Assembly (NCBI GenBank): GCA_024679065.1
Contig: JAGIQG010000006.1
Span: 75,640,001-75,704,000 of the forward strand
DNA: 64,000 nt
Origin: Sphyrna mokarran
Lineage: Eukaryota
Direction of reading: 5' to 3'
Positions 1 to 11,989 of the stretch are shown here, piece after piece. Position numbers and translations under genes: made by a program. The notes under the pieces were generated by a model. The model was not told where the DNA came from and ran no database searches. It saw only the letters and a list, made by a program, of their open reading frames with translations. The first letter of the stretch is position 1. Every line of letters begins with the position of its first letter.

Positions 1-424
1 GCCTGGTCCATCATTTTAATTAGATCATGACTAACCTGAGCCATAACTTCATTTACTGACCTCCATATCCCTGATGCCCTTATCTCACAAAAATAACAAT
101 CAAATTCCATGGATAGAACGAGACCATATGCCATTTACAGTGAATCCTGTAGACTTAAAGGCAGAATTTGTGCTTCAAAGAAGTGTTGTCCCCTAGACAC
201 ATGCTCATGAAAAACACTAACAGCACAAACATGCAGGCGGATCTCTGAGACATTACTGACTCTGGATACTTGTTTAACCTGGTAAATAAACAAGTGCCAT
301 TTCTCCATCTCCCTCCTCACATAGTTACTGGGAGGTCCAGAAGCTGCAGGAGTTTTTCAGCTAAGGAAGATACTTTTTGACAAAGAAATTAGTTTAGCAG
401 CCACCCCCAGACCAGCAGGAACTT

Positions 425-531
425 AAAGTTGAGGCCATGATCAGAAGATTCATGATCTTGTTCAATGGTGTAGTCAGCTCAAAGGCCAAACGGCCTACTT
501 CTGCTCTCAGTTTCTAGGTCCTTATGTTCAT
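425..531 (+). mobile_element. Old CR1-like LINE 3' UTR fragment
   Basis: catgatcttgttcaatggtg...ggcctacttctgctc...cttatgttc resembles the CR1 3' end seen at ~12330-12408. Confidence 0.5.
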
Positions 532-1030
532 AAAGAGTCAACTTTGGCCTTTAAATAAATTTGTGACACTGATGTAGAAATTCATTTTACCTTCAGCAAA
601 TGTAGCAAAATTACAGACATGCTGTCCATGTTTCTTTGAGGTATGCTGCTGGTGAATAAGATCACTTGTTGTGTAGTTAGAAAATTGCTTGCAAAAACTC
701 ATTCATTCATCAAATCACTGAAGGATCTCTGAAGTCTTGTTGTTCCCACAATTAGAAGACCGGCATTAGTTAACATTGAATTCAGCAGCTGCAAACTGAC
801 AGATTTGAGCATTTCTAATATTAAATCCATAACCCCAGGACCTTCAACCTTTGGCAGTTTGAGTCCTTTCCCCTCCCCAACAAATAATCTTAAAATTAAA
901 AGTGTAATGAATGAACCAGAATAACCCCAGCCGTACTTGGTTTGAAGTTTTTGTCAGGTGGCATCAATGCTTTTCATGCGACTAACATTCTTACTCATTC
1001 CACAATGAAGAACCAATTACTGATTGGGAC

Positions 1031-1162
1031 CATAGTATCATCGAATCCCTACAGTGCAGAGGGAAGCTGTTGAGCCCATCAACCTTGCACCAACAACAAT
1101 CCCAACAGGTCCTATTCCCGTAACCCCATGTATTTACCTCTTTAATTCTTTAACACTGAGGC
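1031..1162 (-). mobile_element. HE1-like SINE 3' fragment
   Basis: gaatccctacagtgcagagggaag...accaacaacaatccc matches the tails of the copies at 7241 and 49598. Confidence 0.65.
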
Positions 1163-1405
1163 ATGAGTAATATGGAGAAAGTTAAACAATGAAATTCTAT
1201 TGACCTGAAATGTTGACTGTTTCTCTTTCCACAAATGTTTTGTTTACAGGCTAAGTATTTCAAGTTTTGGAACTAATAGGATAGCCCTTTCAAAGAGCTG
1301 TATGGCCTTCTTTTGTTCTAGGTTATTGTATGATTTTACATCAAGTCATTTGCATAGATGCGATTGTCTATGAAGTATTTTCTATAAATTTCCCCTTTAT
1401 TTCAG

Positions 1406-1542
1406 AATTGCCTAAGGCCTCTGTAAACATTACTAATGTTACCGTGGTTGAAGGTGGAGATGTTGCAATTGAGTGTACTGCTGTAGGCCGTCCAATTCCC
1501 ACTTTGGATTGGCAAGAACACATCCTCCATTCGACTTATCAG
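1406..1542 (+). CDS. NTRK2: Trk receptor (TrkB-like) coding exon, first half of Ig-like domain 1
   Basis: Acceptor tcccctttatttcag|, donor cag|gtttga; 137 nt, phase 1 to 0; encodes (E)LPKASVNITNVTVVEGGDVAIECTAVGRPIPTLDWQEHILHSTYQ, similar to TrkB [35 protein letters not shown]. Confidence 0.9.
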
Positions 1543-1604
1543 GTTTGACTATGATGTTCTCAGAATTCAGCATTTCTAATATAACTTGCCATTTTAATAT
1601 ATTT

Positions 1605-1875
1605 TGCTAAGAATAAGAAATGAATGAGATCAGTTGAAAGTCAACCACATTGCTATGGCTTTGGAGTCACATGTAGGCCAGACCAGGTAAGGACAGCAGA
1701 TTTCCTTCTCTAAAGGACTTTAGTGAATTTAGTAGATTCTTAATTCCAGATATTTTTTATTGAATTCAAATTCCACCATCTGCTGTGATGGAATTCGAAC
1801 CTAAGTCCCCAGAATATTGATTGAGCTTCTGAGTTAATAGTCGAGCAATAATACCATTAGACCATTGCCTCCCCA
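1605..1875 (-). mobile_element. tRNA-derived SINE (same family as 23235-23612 and ~46190-46330)
   Basis: agtcaaccacattgctat...gagtcacatgtaggccagaccaggtaagg; B-box-like attcgaacc near the head. Confidence 0.6.
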
Positions 1876-2335
1876 CATGTGTCATTAACCACACAAGCAT
1901 CTATGTTCTGTGGTGTTCTCATCTGGAATTCTTCATCTGCAATTTCTTTCCCCTTTGCTTCTCTACTCTATAAATGCTTCCCTGTTGAAAATAAGGCTGT
2001 AAGGGGATTTTCTCAGTGTCCCTCTGGGGTTGCCTTGTATTCAGCTGATTACAGTTACCACAAAGACTTGTGAAAGACAGAATGCAATTAAAGATGTTCC
2101 TTATTTGACCAACATATATTGGGAGAGAGGTGGTCAGAGGATTCTAGCCTGTCTCTGACATTACATCACATGAGCACAACAGATATAAATTTCTGAAGAT
2201 TCAAACCTCCCGCCCATCTGTCACCCAAGCTGGACAGTCCAATTACATTAATACACTTTATTTCCTTTGGCCAATAGTAGAATTCTAGCAGGATTAAAAA
2301 TTCATGGGTCAACCTTACCTAGCAGTTCTTTCTTT

Positions 2336-2336
<1 letters not shown>

Positions 2337-2372
<36 letters not shown>
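2337..2372 (+). repeat. Poly-C homopolymer (36 nt)
   Basis: Direct read of the sequence. Confidence 0.95.
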
Positions 2373-2374
<2 letters not shown>

Positions 2375-3080
2375 CCAACCATTGCTTAGTAACCTTACAT
2401 GTGCAAATCTGTTAGATTCAAGAGCCACAGAATCAAAAAGGGAATCATCTTTCTTGTCTGCTTTCTGTCCCTTTATCACTGGAGGTTGAAGAATCTATTC
2501 ATTGCAGCTAGAAGCTGAAACCTTCTAGTCATTTCAAAAACCTTGTTAGCTTGTAGCTGTCTGGCCTGTCCCTGATAACAGGGTATATTCTGTATGCTTC
2601 CTTGTTCCAAAAGTAAATGGTCTGTCTAATTAAACTTATTTCCCATTATGAGAAAGGATAAATTGCTTGTTGGCCAAAGCTCCCAAAATGCAAAAATATA
2701 GTTTAAATCTATATGCTTATTCAAAAATGATTATATATGTTCTTATACAGAAAACACCTTTGTATAATAAATGAGGCACACTGTGTTCCCTATTTTAAAC
2801 TCATCTACTTTGTTTTAATAGTCTCAAAAAGCACATGTTTCTGTATACCATACTACAAAGGTTATTTGCTGGGTTCAGTTTTATAGGCATAGAGTTGGAA
2901 GGTGAATCAAAATGTCTGCACCACTGGCCAATGGAACGTCATGACCCAAGCATGCAGCTCACTTCTTTCATAGGTAGCTGTTAGTCATGGATAAGCTGCA
3001 CACTAGTTGGAATGAGAAGCTACTAGTATAAAAGACTTAATATAATCCAGTGAGTGACATCATGTTATTTCTCTTCATAG

Positions 3081-3216
3081 ACAGCAGAAACTTCCAGACC
3101 ACCAGTAATATTAAAGCTCAACAACATTTCTGGTGATGACAATGGAAAGCAACTTGTCTGCACAGCAGAGAATATTGTGGGGGAATCAAAGGTTGTTGTC
3201 AATCTAACTGTTCTCT
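3081..3216 (+). CDS. NTRK2: Trk receptor coding exon, second half of Ig-like domain 1
   Basis: Acceptor ttatttctcttcatag|, donor t|gtgagt; 136 nt, phase 0 to 1; TAETSRPPVILKLNNISGDDNGKQLVCTAENIVGESKVVVNLTVL, similar to TrkB [34 protein letters not shown]; missed by the ORF track. Confidence 0.92.
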
Positions 3217-3225
3217 GTGAGTATG

Positions 3226-3280
3226 CACATTTATCCTCGTACTTTTATCCTGTCACATTTTATCCTCGTACTTTTATCTT
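3226..3280 (+). repeat. ~28-bp tandem duplication just downstream of the Ig1 exon donor
   Basis: cacattt(t)atcctcgtacttttatc(c/t)t repeated twice. Confidence 0.85.
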
Positions 3281-3544
3281 ATACATTTACATCAATGAAT
3301 GGCCGTGATCAGCTTAAAGAGAATCTAATTTGGTTGAAGAATCAAAATGAAAATCAAATTTTCAAATCGCCTAGCCTGCAATTATTTAATCAGTTGCTGT
3401 TTTGCAATGTTTTACATTCTGCTGAACAAAAAACATTGGATGGAATTCAGTGTTGGTGCTGGGGGTCTCTTGCCCACAAGTTGTAGAATCATTGTGTGCC
3501 TGGTCCTGTTTGCTTCAGTCATCTGATGTAATTTGATGGCCCAG

Positions 3545-3690
3545 GCCACTGTCTGTGTAGAGTTTGCACATTCTCCTTGTATCTGCATGGGTTTCCTCCA
3601 GGTGCTCTGGTTTCTTCCCACCATCCAAAGATGTGCAGGTTAGGTTGATTGGTCATGCTAAAATAATTGCCCCTTAGTGTCCTGAGATGC
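3545..3690 (+). mobile_element. HE1-like SINE, central fragment
   Basis: ctgtctgtgtagagtttgcacattctcc...caaagatgtgcaggttagg...ttgccccttagtgtcc, the characteristic HE1/V-SINE-like body. Confidence 0.8.
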
Positions 3691-4835
3691 GCAGGCCAAG
3701 AGCCCCTGGTCAGTCAGAGGATTGCAGATTTCCAGTACTGGCAGTTCCAGCAAACTGTCTTCTCTCTGGGTGAATTTCTCACATTAGTGCTGTCTTTCTA
3801 TGGAATTAATGCCTCCTGTGCAATTTTCCAGGACAGCCATCTTGCCCACTCCAGCAGGCTTCTCTAAACTCCATCCATTGTGACACTGTGTAATTAATGA
3901 TGACAAATCAAAGAAAAAATGCCCAGATGTCACTTGAATAGTTAGAACTAGTAAACAACCTGTAAGTTTAAAGAGACAGATTAAATCTATTGTATCGACT
4001 TTTGTGGTAGAAAAGTGCCCAGTTGTGATTGTAGAGCTGACTCTGGGCCTGACCCCGAATCAAAATGCTGGTTCCATTTGTACTTTCTGTCCCCTTCTAA
4101 AACGGTCTGATTGAGTAGCTAAAAGTTTTTTGCTGATAGTTCCAGTGCATCAACAAGCAGCTACTTTTCCTTTCTCTTTCTTTTGGTTGATCCCCAAGAG
4201 ACAATAGATCATGGCATAGCACCTGCCAGTGCTATTTAATCCTGCACTGACATCAAATACTCCAGCAGGGTCAAGGCAGGAGGTCACTAGTGCCAGCTTT
4301 GCTGCACTCCTATAAACAGAGCAGGGCAAGACAATTTTGCTCACTGTCCATAATCTGGCCAGTGAAGGCTGAACCTCAAGGGGTTCAATGACCTAATCTG
4401 GTTAGTGGAAGTACTAAACACTGCAGTTGTGAGGTGTAAAACTTGTAGTTAGATCATGTATTTATTTACTTTTTTAAAACATTGACAAAACACTTCACCA
4501 ATAGAGGTCAATAAAGTCATGGATGCCAAGTCATGAAAGGAGAAATTAAAAGGAGTGGCTGAAAGCTTGGTCTTAAAGATGGGATTGAGAAGGTTATTAA
4601 AGGGTCAGAGAGAGAGATGGTTGGGTGCAATCTTTAGGGAGGAGGTTCCAGATAGCAAGGTGAAGTGGTTGAAAGTCCTTAAATGATGGAATGAATGACA
4701 GAAAAGTTCTTATTTGAGTATTTTTTGTGCCTAATTCCTGAGGGATTACATTCATATATATTTGGTATTGATACAACCTTCATCATATTCTGTGTAACAT
4801 TGGATTTAATTAACATCATTTGCTTTTCTCTCTAG

Positions 4836-5138
4836 TTCCTCCTCGGATAATGTTGTTGGGTGAGGCAATCCCAGATCACCGTTGGTGCATCCCTTTCAGT
4901 GTAACAGGCAACCCACCACCCAAAATTCAATGGTATCACAATAATTATCCTCTGAATGAAACCGATTTTATACTGACACAAATTCATGAGAAGAATATCA
5001 GTGAGCAACATGGTTGCCTGCAGCTGGACAATCCAACCCATCTGAACAATGGGAATTACACTCTATACATTTATAACGATTTAGGGCAGGATAAGGGCAC
5101 AGTATATGCTCACTTCATGCATCATCCTCCTGGTTCAG
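4836..5138 (+). CDS. NTRK2: Trk receptor coding exon, Ig-like domain 2 (neurotrophin-binding d5)
   Basis: Acceptor ttttctctctag|, donor tcag|gtgggt; 303 nt, phase 1-1; FPPRIMLLGEAIPDHRWCIPFSVTGNPPPKIQWYHNN...HGCLQLDNPTHLNNGNYTL...AHFMHHPPGS; HGCLQLDNPTHxNNG is TrkB-like. Confidence 0.95.
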
Positions 5139-7240
5139 GTGGGTATTTTCTCATTGTTGGTCATTCTTATTGCTACTTTATTTTGTTATCAGTCTACTTT
5201 TTTAAATTCGGAGCAGGATTTTTCTCCCACTCTGCGGTATGTTTCGTGGTAACAGGAGGTGCAGACATTCTCTGATGACAGGATCTTATAGTATCAGTGT
5301 TATCAATGGGGTTTTGTGTTGAATGCATCCCCTATCACCGGGAAACCTGTGATGGGGATATGTTGTTAGCAGACCATAAATTTCTCCTGTCGTGAATGGG
5401 CAAGGTTTTGGTACCCAGTTTCAAAGTGAGTTGTTAATTAGATATCCTCACCAGTCCCATTACCATTCCAATATCATCTCTGTAAATGGCAGTAACACAA
5501 GAATTCAGTCAGTTGTAGAGATCTGTTTCACATGATAGACATAGATCAGAATGGCAAAGATCGTCCTGTAAACATTTAGTGTACTTTTGAATGATAGCTA
5601 AGCCAGAGGTTTGTTTGCAAAACATTGTGCATCACATCAAAATAAGAAGTTTTATTCTGACTCGGAATTTGTGAAGGCAGAAATTAAACATAATGTAAAA
5701 CTGACTTGGTTCGTGCACTAAATTAAAAAAAAAATCATTGGGGTAAAATTTGCCTTGGGTAAAGACGTAGCACAGATGGTATCACATCTGCTATTGGTTG
5801 TGCACTCTTTCTAATATTCTGTTCCATTAACTTCTCTCAACTATTGGCATCAAGAATTAAATATTCAGCTTTTGGTAAGTATATTTTGAACAAATATGTC
5901 ACAAATTAGAATTGTTGTGGGCAGAGCATCATGAAACAGATTTTACAGTCATTGACAATACAATTTTCTCCGCTAGTTAAGTATTAAATAAAACAAACCT
6001 GCTATTGTTTTGTTAATGCAGAGGCTTAAATTCAGACACTGCAACTTTTTTGAACAAATGTGTAGAATGATTGCCCAGGTTGAAGTATATATTTCACACA
6101 TGAGATACGTTGTTTGTACATGGATATTACTTTCCAAGACTACATTCTTTGCTTATCGAAGAAGGTTTACTGAAGACAATTTTACAATATTCTATCCCTA
6201 CCCATTAAAAAGGAAATAATGTTGTGGAATGTGCAGTTCTTTGACAGATAAACATTGGCTATGTGTACTGAGTAATGATGTAATCATTTATATGATATTT
6301 TTTAAATCTATTTTTTATAAATCTCTTTTTCCAATATATCTTGCTCTCTTTTGAGAAACCACCTACATTTTTTCTTTTGTTGTTTATTTTGTTTTGATTT
6401 ATGTTTAATATTTCATATTAGTGCTATTTCATTTTTGTTTACAGCATCTTTGGTAGCACATTAACACTTCATACAATCCTATTATTCCCTTCTTAAATTT
6501 TATTAATTTTCATCCTGTATGCTTTCAAGCTGATGGCTTATTAGTTGTATCAGTATTTTCACTTTTCAGTTTCAGGGTCACACAGTAGTGTAGCTCTCAG
6601 TGCCACACATCATTGGGATGATTCTTATAAAATTGCACCTTGTGGAAATGATGTATAGAATGTATTATATTACTCTGAAATTGATAAACCATCTGCCCAT
6701 AGTATACACTCAATGTTTTCTGATCACATCTGCGAGTCATAATTTTTGTCGGTGGTTTGGAGAATGACCTAATGATTTAAAAGCATTGGATAAATATTTT
6801 AAATGTGCAATCTTACTTTTGCAGCTGATAGTGGCAGCATGAGGGGCTTACAACACATGACTCAACTCACATCACATAAGGAGAGACAGATGATTGTCTG
6901 TTATTAATCCTGAATTTGGATTCTTGAGGTGTTTGAACATTTCCAGGCAGTTAGTTCCCAGTGAACTTGCCATTTTGAAACAAATCCATATATTATCCTG
7001 AATTCTAATTAGTCACAGACCCTAACTTTTCAGGATTTCAGTGTATTTGCCCCATTGGAAAATTATTTATATGTGAAACTGCTGGTTTTTGTCCATTTTC
7101 CTGTGATAATTGTTATTTTTAAATTTTCAACCAAACATTGATAGTATGGATCTATACAATGAAATAGCTATAATGAAGGCACAGATTAGAATCAGACAGG
7201 ACTTCTGGTAATAAAGTTTTCAGAAGTGATAAGGCAGACC

Positions 7241-7470
7241 CATAGAAACTCTGCAGTGCAGAAGGAGGCCATTCAGCCCATCGAGTCTGCACTGACAACA
7301 ATCCCAACCAGGACCTATTCCTGTAACGCCATATATTTATTTCACTAATCCCTCTAACCTATGCATCCTGGGACACTAAGGGGCAATTTAGCAATGCTAA
7401 TGTACCCAACCTGACATTTTTAGACTGGGAGAAAACCAGAGCACCCAGAGGAAATCCGTGCAGACATGAG
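7241..7470 (-). mobile_element. HE1-like SINE (5'-truncated)
   Basis: Reverse complement of the HE1 body and tail: gacactaaggggcaatttagc...gcacccagaggaaatcc. Confidence 0.8.
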
Positions 7471-8416
7471 GATGACAGTAGCAAAAGAGAATTTTACTGC
7501 AGGATTCTGGCATTGTGTTCAGATAAAATCCATATGGATAGCGTTAAGAACTAGAACAAGAGATGATAATGTTTTCCATGTCCATTGCAGTGCACCGAAC
7601 AATGAAGACTTCAGAAGTGTTAATAAGCAGACTGTTGAAAGAGATTGCCCTGTTGATTTTGAACAATATTTTTAACTGTCCATCCTGGGACAGTTAAAAT
7701 AAAAATAATGCATGGGATCAAAGTAGGGAACATTTTTTAGAATTTATCCAGACTGCTTCCTAGAAGAGTATGCCTCTAGTCCAACAAGAAAACACATTCT
7801 TCTGAGAAATGTAGGCCAAATAACTGATATGAGAGCAGGAGAAAATGGCCACAACTGAGTTATATCCCACATAAGAAAATAGAACAATGAAGAATCAAAA
7901 ATCAGGCTATTGGAACAGTAAAGGATAAAGTACAGAGCGATGAGAAGGAATTTTATCCAAATTAATTGGTCAGTAAAAGTGGAGAACAAATTGGATCAGT
8001 AATGGGAAATCTCTGAGTCCAAACTGTATATATTCCATAGAACAGAAAAGGATAATATGAGAATAGGTTAGCCGGTTACATAAAAGGGTAAAGGTTTTTA
8101 ATGATATATAAGTAACAGAATAACTAAAAAGGGAGACACCCTCAAGGATGAAAGATGTGTGGTCACTAAGGAGAGCGAGGTGAGCCTCTCCCGCTAGATC
8201 ACAGTACAATACTAAAGCCTATTGTAGTTGGAAGCTCAATGTTACCTCATTGGGAAGCTCCATAATTCCCAAGATAGTTCCAGGGGGGCAGAGATGTGAT
8301 TAGAAAGATGGTCCCTTATTTTTCCATTGTATTAAATTTCTAAAGATTAATAAACAAAATGACAAATCTGTGGTTCTAAAATATTTGTGCCTGATTCTGC
8401 ACTTTTTGAAATCTAG

Positions 8417-8449
8417 GCAATGAACCAATCACAGATCCTGAATTTTATG
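8417..8449 (+). CDS. NTRK2: 33-nt extracellular juxtamembrane mini-exon (GNEPITDPEFY), likely alternatively spliced
   Basis: Acceptor ctgcactttttgaaatctag|, strong donor tatg|gtaagt; symmetric phase 1-1; sits where TrkB has its short acidic/Tyr linker exon. Confidence 0.8.
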
Positions 8450-9026
8450 GTAAGTAATGCAACATGCAATGTTTTCCTATTTATTGTAAGACATAAACTG
8501 GAGAAAAAATGTCTATGCACTCAGTGTACTTGACAAACTTCTGGAAAGTCTCAATAGAGATGATCACACAGCACAACGCTGCCTGTAATTTGATACTATT
8601 ATAGACATAAATTAGTAACTTGATTCAAAGTGGTCGCAGGATAACTGCTGTATGAAATTGCATCTTTCTCAGAAGAGTCTTATTCTACACCTGACCTGTG
8701 TGTCTTTGTTGCTGATAGTGAGCTTCTTCAATGAAAGCTACGCTGTTCCCCAGAATTAACAATCCTGTTAATGAACACTAAAAACAGGAACAATATCAAT
8801 AATGACCCCTTAAGATACCCTATAATTCAAAAAGATACCGGCTGAACACTTCTTTTATTTTACTGCTTTATCTCCTTATTTCTTGATTCTCTTAGTACCC
8901 AAGGCTGTGTTGATCTCAGCCTTAAATGACTGACTTTCCACAATCATTAGGATAGAGAATTCCAAACATTCACAACCCTTTTAGTGAAGATATTTTTCCT
9001 CACCTTAGTTCCAAGTGGCTGAGAAA

Positions 9027-9152
9027 ATAGCGGGTATTTTACAACCTCACTCAGAGAAGGCTCATAAAATCTTACCCGAGGCCAATGAGAATTTCATTCT
9101 GCAAGACATGCCCTCCCCAATTCCAGGGCAGGCATGGTGGCAAAATTCTGGC
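9027..9152. mobile_element. ~125-bp MITE (putative Harbinger-type)
   Basis: Similar to 10090-10215 (cccgaggccaatg...aattccaggg...aaaattc); TIR-like ends. Confidence 0.55.
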
Positions 9153-9326
9153 AATGACCAATAACTAGTATTGGGACTATCACCAAGAGAAACGTCTGAT
9201 AGCATCTACCTGTCAAGCCCTTTAAAAATATTATATATTTCAATGATTCATTTTACTAAACTCTAAAGAACATAGGATCTATTGAATCTCTCCTCATAAA
9301 TTAGCCCTCTCGTTCCAGGAATCAAT

Positions 9327-9522
9327 GATGTGGAAATGCTGGTGTTGGACTGGAATGGGCACAATAAGAAGTCTCACAACACCAGTTAAATTCCAACAGG
9401 TTTATTTGGTAGCGTGAGCTTTTGGAGCACTACTCTTTTATCAGGTGAGCCCTGATGAAGGAGCAGTGCTCCGAAAACTTGTGCTACCAAATAAACCTGT
9501 TGGACTTTAATCTGATGTTGTG
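9327..9522. mobile_element. Palindromic Penelope-like element relic inserted in an older LINE fragment, with a 13-bp TSD-like duplication
   Basis: Arms ~9376-9445 and 9451-9522 are near reverse complements; flanked by tccaggaatcaat (9314-9326) and tccaggaatgaat (9523-9535). Confidence 0.7.
9448..9485 (+). ncRNA. Minimal type-I hammerhead ribozyme motif (PLE-type): core intact, stems I/III damaged
   Basis: CUGAUGA-A-GGAGC-AGU-GCUCC-GAAA-AC-UU-GUG; conserved CUGAnGA and GAAA flank a perfect 5-bp stem II. Confidence 0.55.
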
Positions 9523-10089
9523 TCCAGGAATGAATTCAGTGAATCTTTATTATATCCTATTAAGACAAACCTAGCGATGGAGTCCAAAATGTATATGGTA
9601 AATTGAGTCATTCAGAGTAAGCATGACACTTGTCGGTGGTGGAATCTTCTGGCCTTATCGCTGTCAATGGGATTTCTGGCTGGTGTTTTTTCATTCTGAC
9701 TGAAAGTTGCAGTCTTTTTTTCATTGTTAAAGAGCTGGGGATTTAAATAACTTCAGATGATGATATCTAACGCATCTTATTCATCTGTTTGTGACTCCTA
9801 CATAAATTAATGATTGCGGATGAAGGTTCTTGGAACAGCAAAACCTATGTCTTTTTGAACTCAGCATTAATCTCAAATGGTGCTTCTGAGTTTGGGTTTT
9901 CCACCTGTGTGATTCATGCCATGCCCCACCCACTTTCTTCTGCTGGCAGGAAGTGGGGTAAGACTTCCACATCCATTTTGAAAGGCCTCCAGAGTTGGTA
10001 CAATTCTGTGAAAATCTGGCCCAGTGTAAGAAAGGAATTGTAAATTATAATGAATCTATTCAGGAAATGTTTTGTATTCTATTGATGTG

Positions 10090-10215
10090 TGCCAGAATTT
10101 TACCGCTTCCTCCACCCGAGGCTTGTAAGATCCCGCCCAAGGCCAATGGAGAATGCCATTCTGCGAGCCTTGCCCACTCCAATTCCAGGGTGGGAGTGCC
10201 AGTAAAATTCCAGCG
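10090..10215. mobile_element. ~125-bp MITE with terminal inverted repeats
   Basis: gccagaattttacc ... gtaaaattccagc; related copies at ~9027 and ~32145. Confidence 0.65.
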
Positions 10216-11160
10216 TGATGTCTGATCTCTATTGAAGTGATGGGCTATTTTGCTGTCAGACTTTGTTCAAGTTCCCACATCTATTTATCTCAGTTTTATA
10301 TTTCTGACAACATAGAATATAATTAAAGGAATGAAAATGTTACAGAGATCATATTAAATATTATTTAATGCATTAAAAGGAAAACTAGATAAGTAACTGG
10401 AGAAAGCAATAGAAGGATGGACTGATGGAGTTAGATGAAACAGGGTGGCAGGAGTCTTCTTTGGAACATAAACACTAGCATAAACCATTGGGGCTGAATG
10501 GTTTTCTTCTGTGCTGTAAATTCTATAAAATTCCATATAATTAAATTTATGCTAGAATTCTCCGGCCTCCCAATGCCGGTTTTCTTGTTGGTGGGAGGCA
10601 GTGCACTGTTGGATGGCAGCAGAAATCTTCTGATCCCTTTCGATGGGCTTTCCCCTTGATTCCACCCTACATTGCCAGGAAAGGCATAATGGAGTAGTGC
10701 CATCAGCAAGATCAGAAGATACCACCAGTGTGAAGAGTTGGACGACAGCACCCATTGAATTTATTTAGAAAATAATGTAATTTCGTTAAGTACTTTTACA
10801 GGAAAGATTGTTTTAAGTAAAGCTTCTTGATGCCTCTATTGTCACTTGTGGCCAAATGATAGATTATGGATTAATGGGGCAGTATGGAGTAGTGATAGTG
10901 GTAAACTTAATGTGCAGTGGAAGGAGAGGTCAGAGCTAATGGGAAGGATTGATGGGCTGAAATCCTCAAAAAAATATAGAAAAATCTTATGGAGGTATTC
11001 TCAGGAAACGATTAAAGCAAGTTGACATCAGATAATGATTTGTACTTCAGGGAAAATTTTATAATGTTCTTATAGGCATATTAAGACCTTAGCAAACTTT
11101 GTCAGTTGGCCAAAGCAGGTAATAACATATTAAAATATTTGATATGTCTCTCACTTACAG

Positions 11161-11264
11161 GTGCATATGACCAGTTTGAGGAAATCTTTGGTGTGACCTC
11201 TGACAATTCAACTGCAATTGGCCCACCTAATGTCACTGAAAAGACAATGGAAGATGGCATTGCT
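11161..11264 (+). CDS. NTRK2: Trk receptor exon, extracellular stalk preceding the TM helix
   Basis: Acceptor tctctcacttacag|, donor gct|gtaagt; 104 nt, phase 1 to 0; GAYDQFEEIFGVTSDNSTAIGPPNVTEKTMEDGIA; frame continuous with flanking exons. Confidence 0.88.
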
Positions 11265-11429
11265 GTAAGTAACATTGGAGAAGATTAATGCCTGATAGAT
11301 CAGATGGCCTGTTACAATTAGGTAAAATAGAGAGCCAGGCTTCTATTTGTACATCATCTTTCATAATCTCAGATGTTGCAAAACTCAATACAATCAGAGA
11401 ATCACTTCTGATGTGCATTGACTGTTGGA

Positions 11430-11742
11430 ATGTAAGAAACGTGGTGGCCAAGTTTCAAATAGCAAGATGCCATAAACAGTGATATTGATTGAGGATGAAC
11501 CATTGACCAGGACAGAGAGAACAATTCCCCCGTTCTTCGTTAAGATATAGCCAGGGAATTTTTACACCATCCAGAAAGGTGAAATGGAGCCTCATTTTAA
11601 TGTTGCATCCAGAAGAAATTATATGGCGAAAGTACAGCCACAGTACAACAATCATTCAGTACAGTCAGCTAATATTATATGCTCAACTCTCTGGAGTGGG
11701 ATCACAGCCTTCTGATCCAGAGAGGCAGAGTGCTTAGCCAAG
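11430..11742 (-). mobile_element. Old DeuSINE/SacSINE1-like SINE
   Basis: ccattgaccaggacagagagaac...tatatgctcaactctctggagtggg...ccttctgatccagagaggcagagtgct; related copies at ~25900-26340 (-) and ~28150-28570 (+). Confidence 0.55.
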
Positions 11743-11989
11743 ATTAGATGGATGTCATTTAGGTATTTGATAGCATTATAATTGAGATCATATTAAATGC
11801 TGGGATGGAGGGAGATAGATTATTTTATCTTTCTGAACACTGTGACACCAAAGAATTCCTATATTAAAATGACGAAGCAGGCACATGCCATGATCAGTCG
11901 TCATTGAAGTTGCACCATTGGAGTCACACTCTGGCCACCAACCCTGAGACTGTCATGCAGCAGATCAATTACCTTCAGCTATATGGCTA

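Noticed and set aside
2304-2489. ORF with a poly-proline run
   Set aside because: Artefact of translating the C36 homopolymer; intronic with no splice support
5139-5275. Hydrophobic extension of ORF 4820-5275 as an alternative TM segment
   Set aside because: Read-through into AT-rich intron past a good donor; no independent support, though intron retention cannot be excluded
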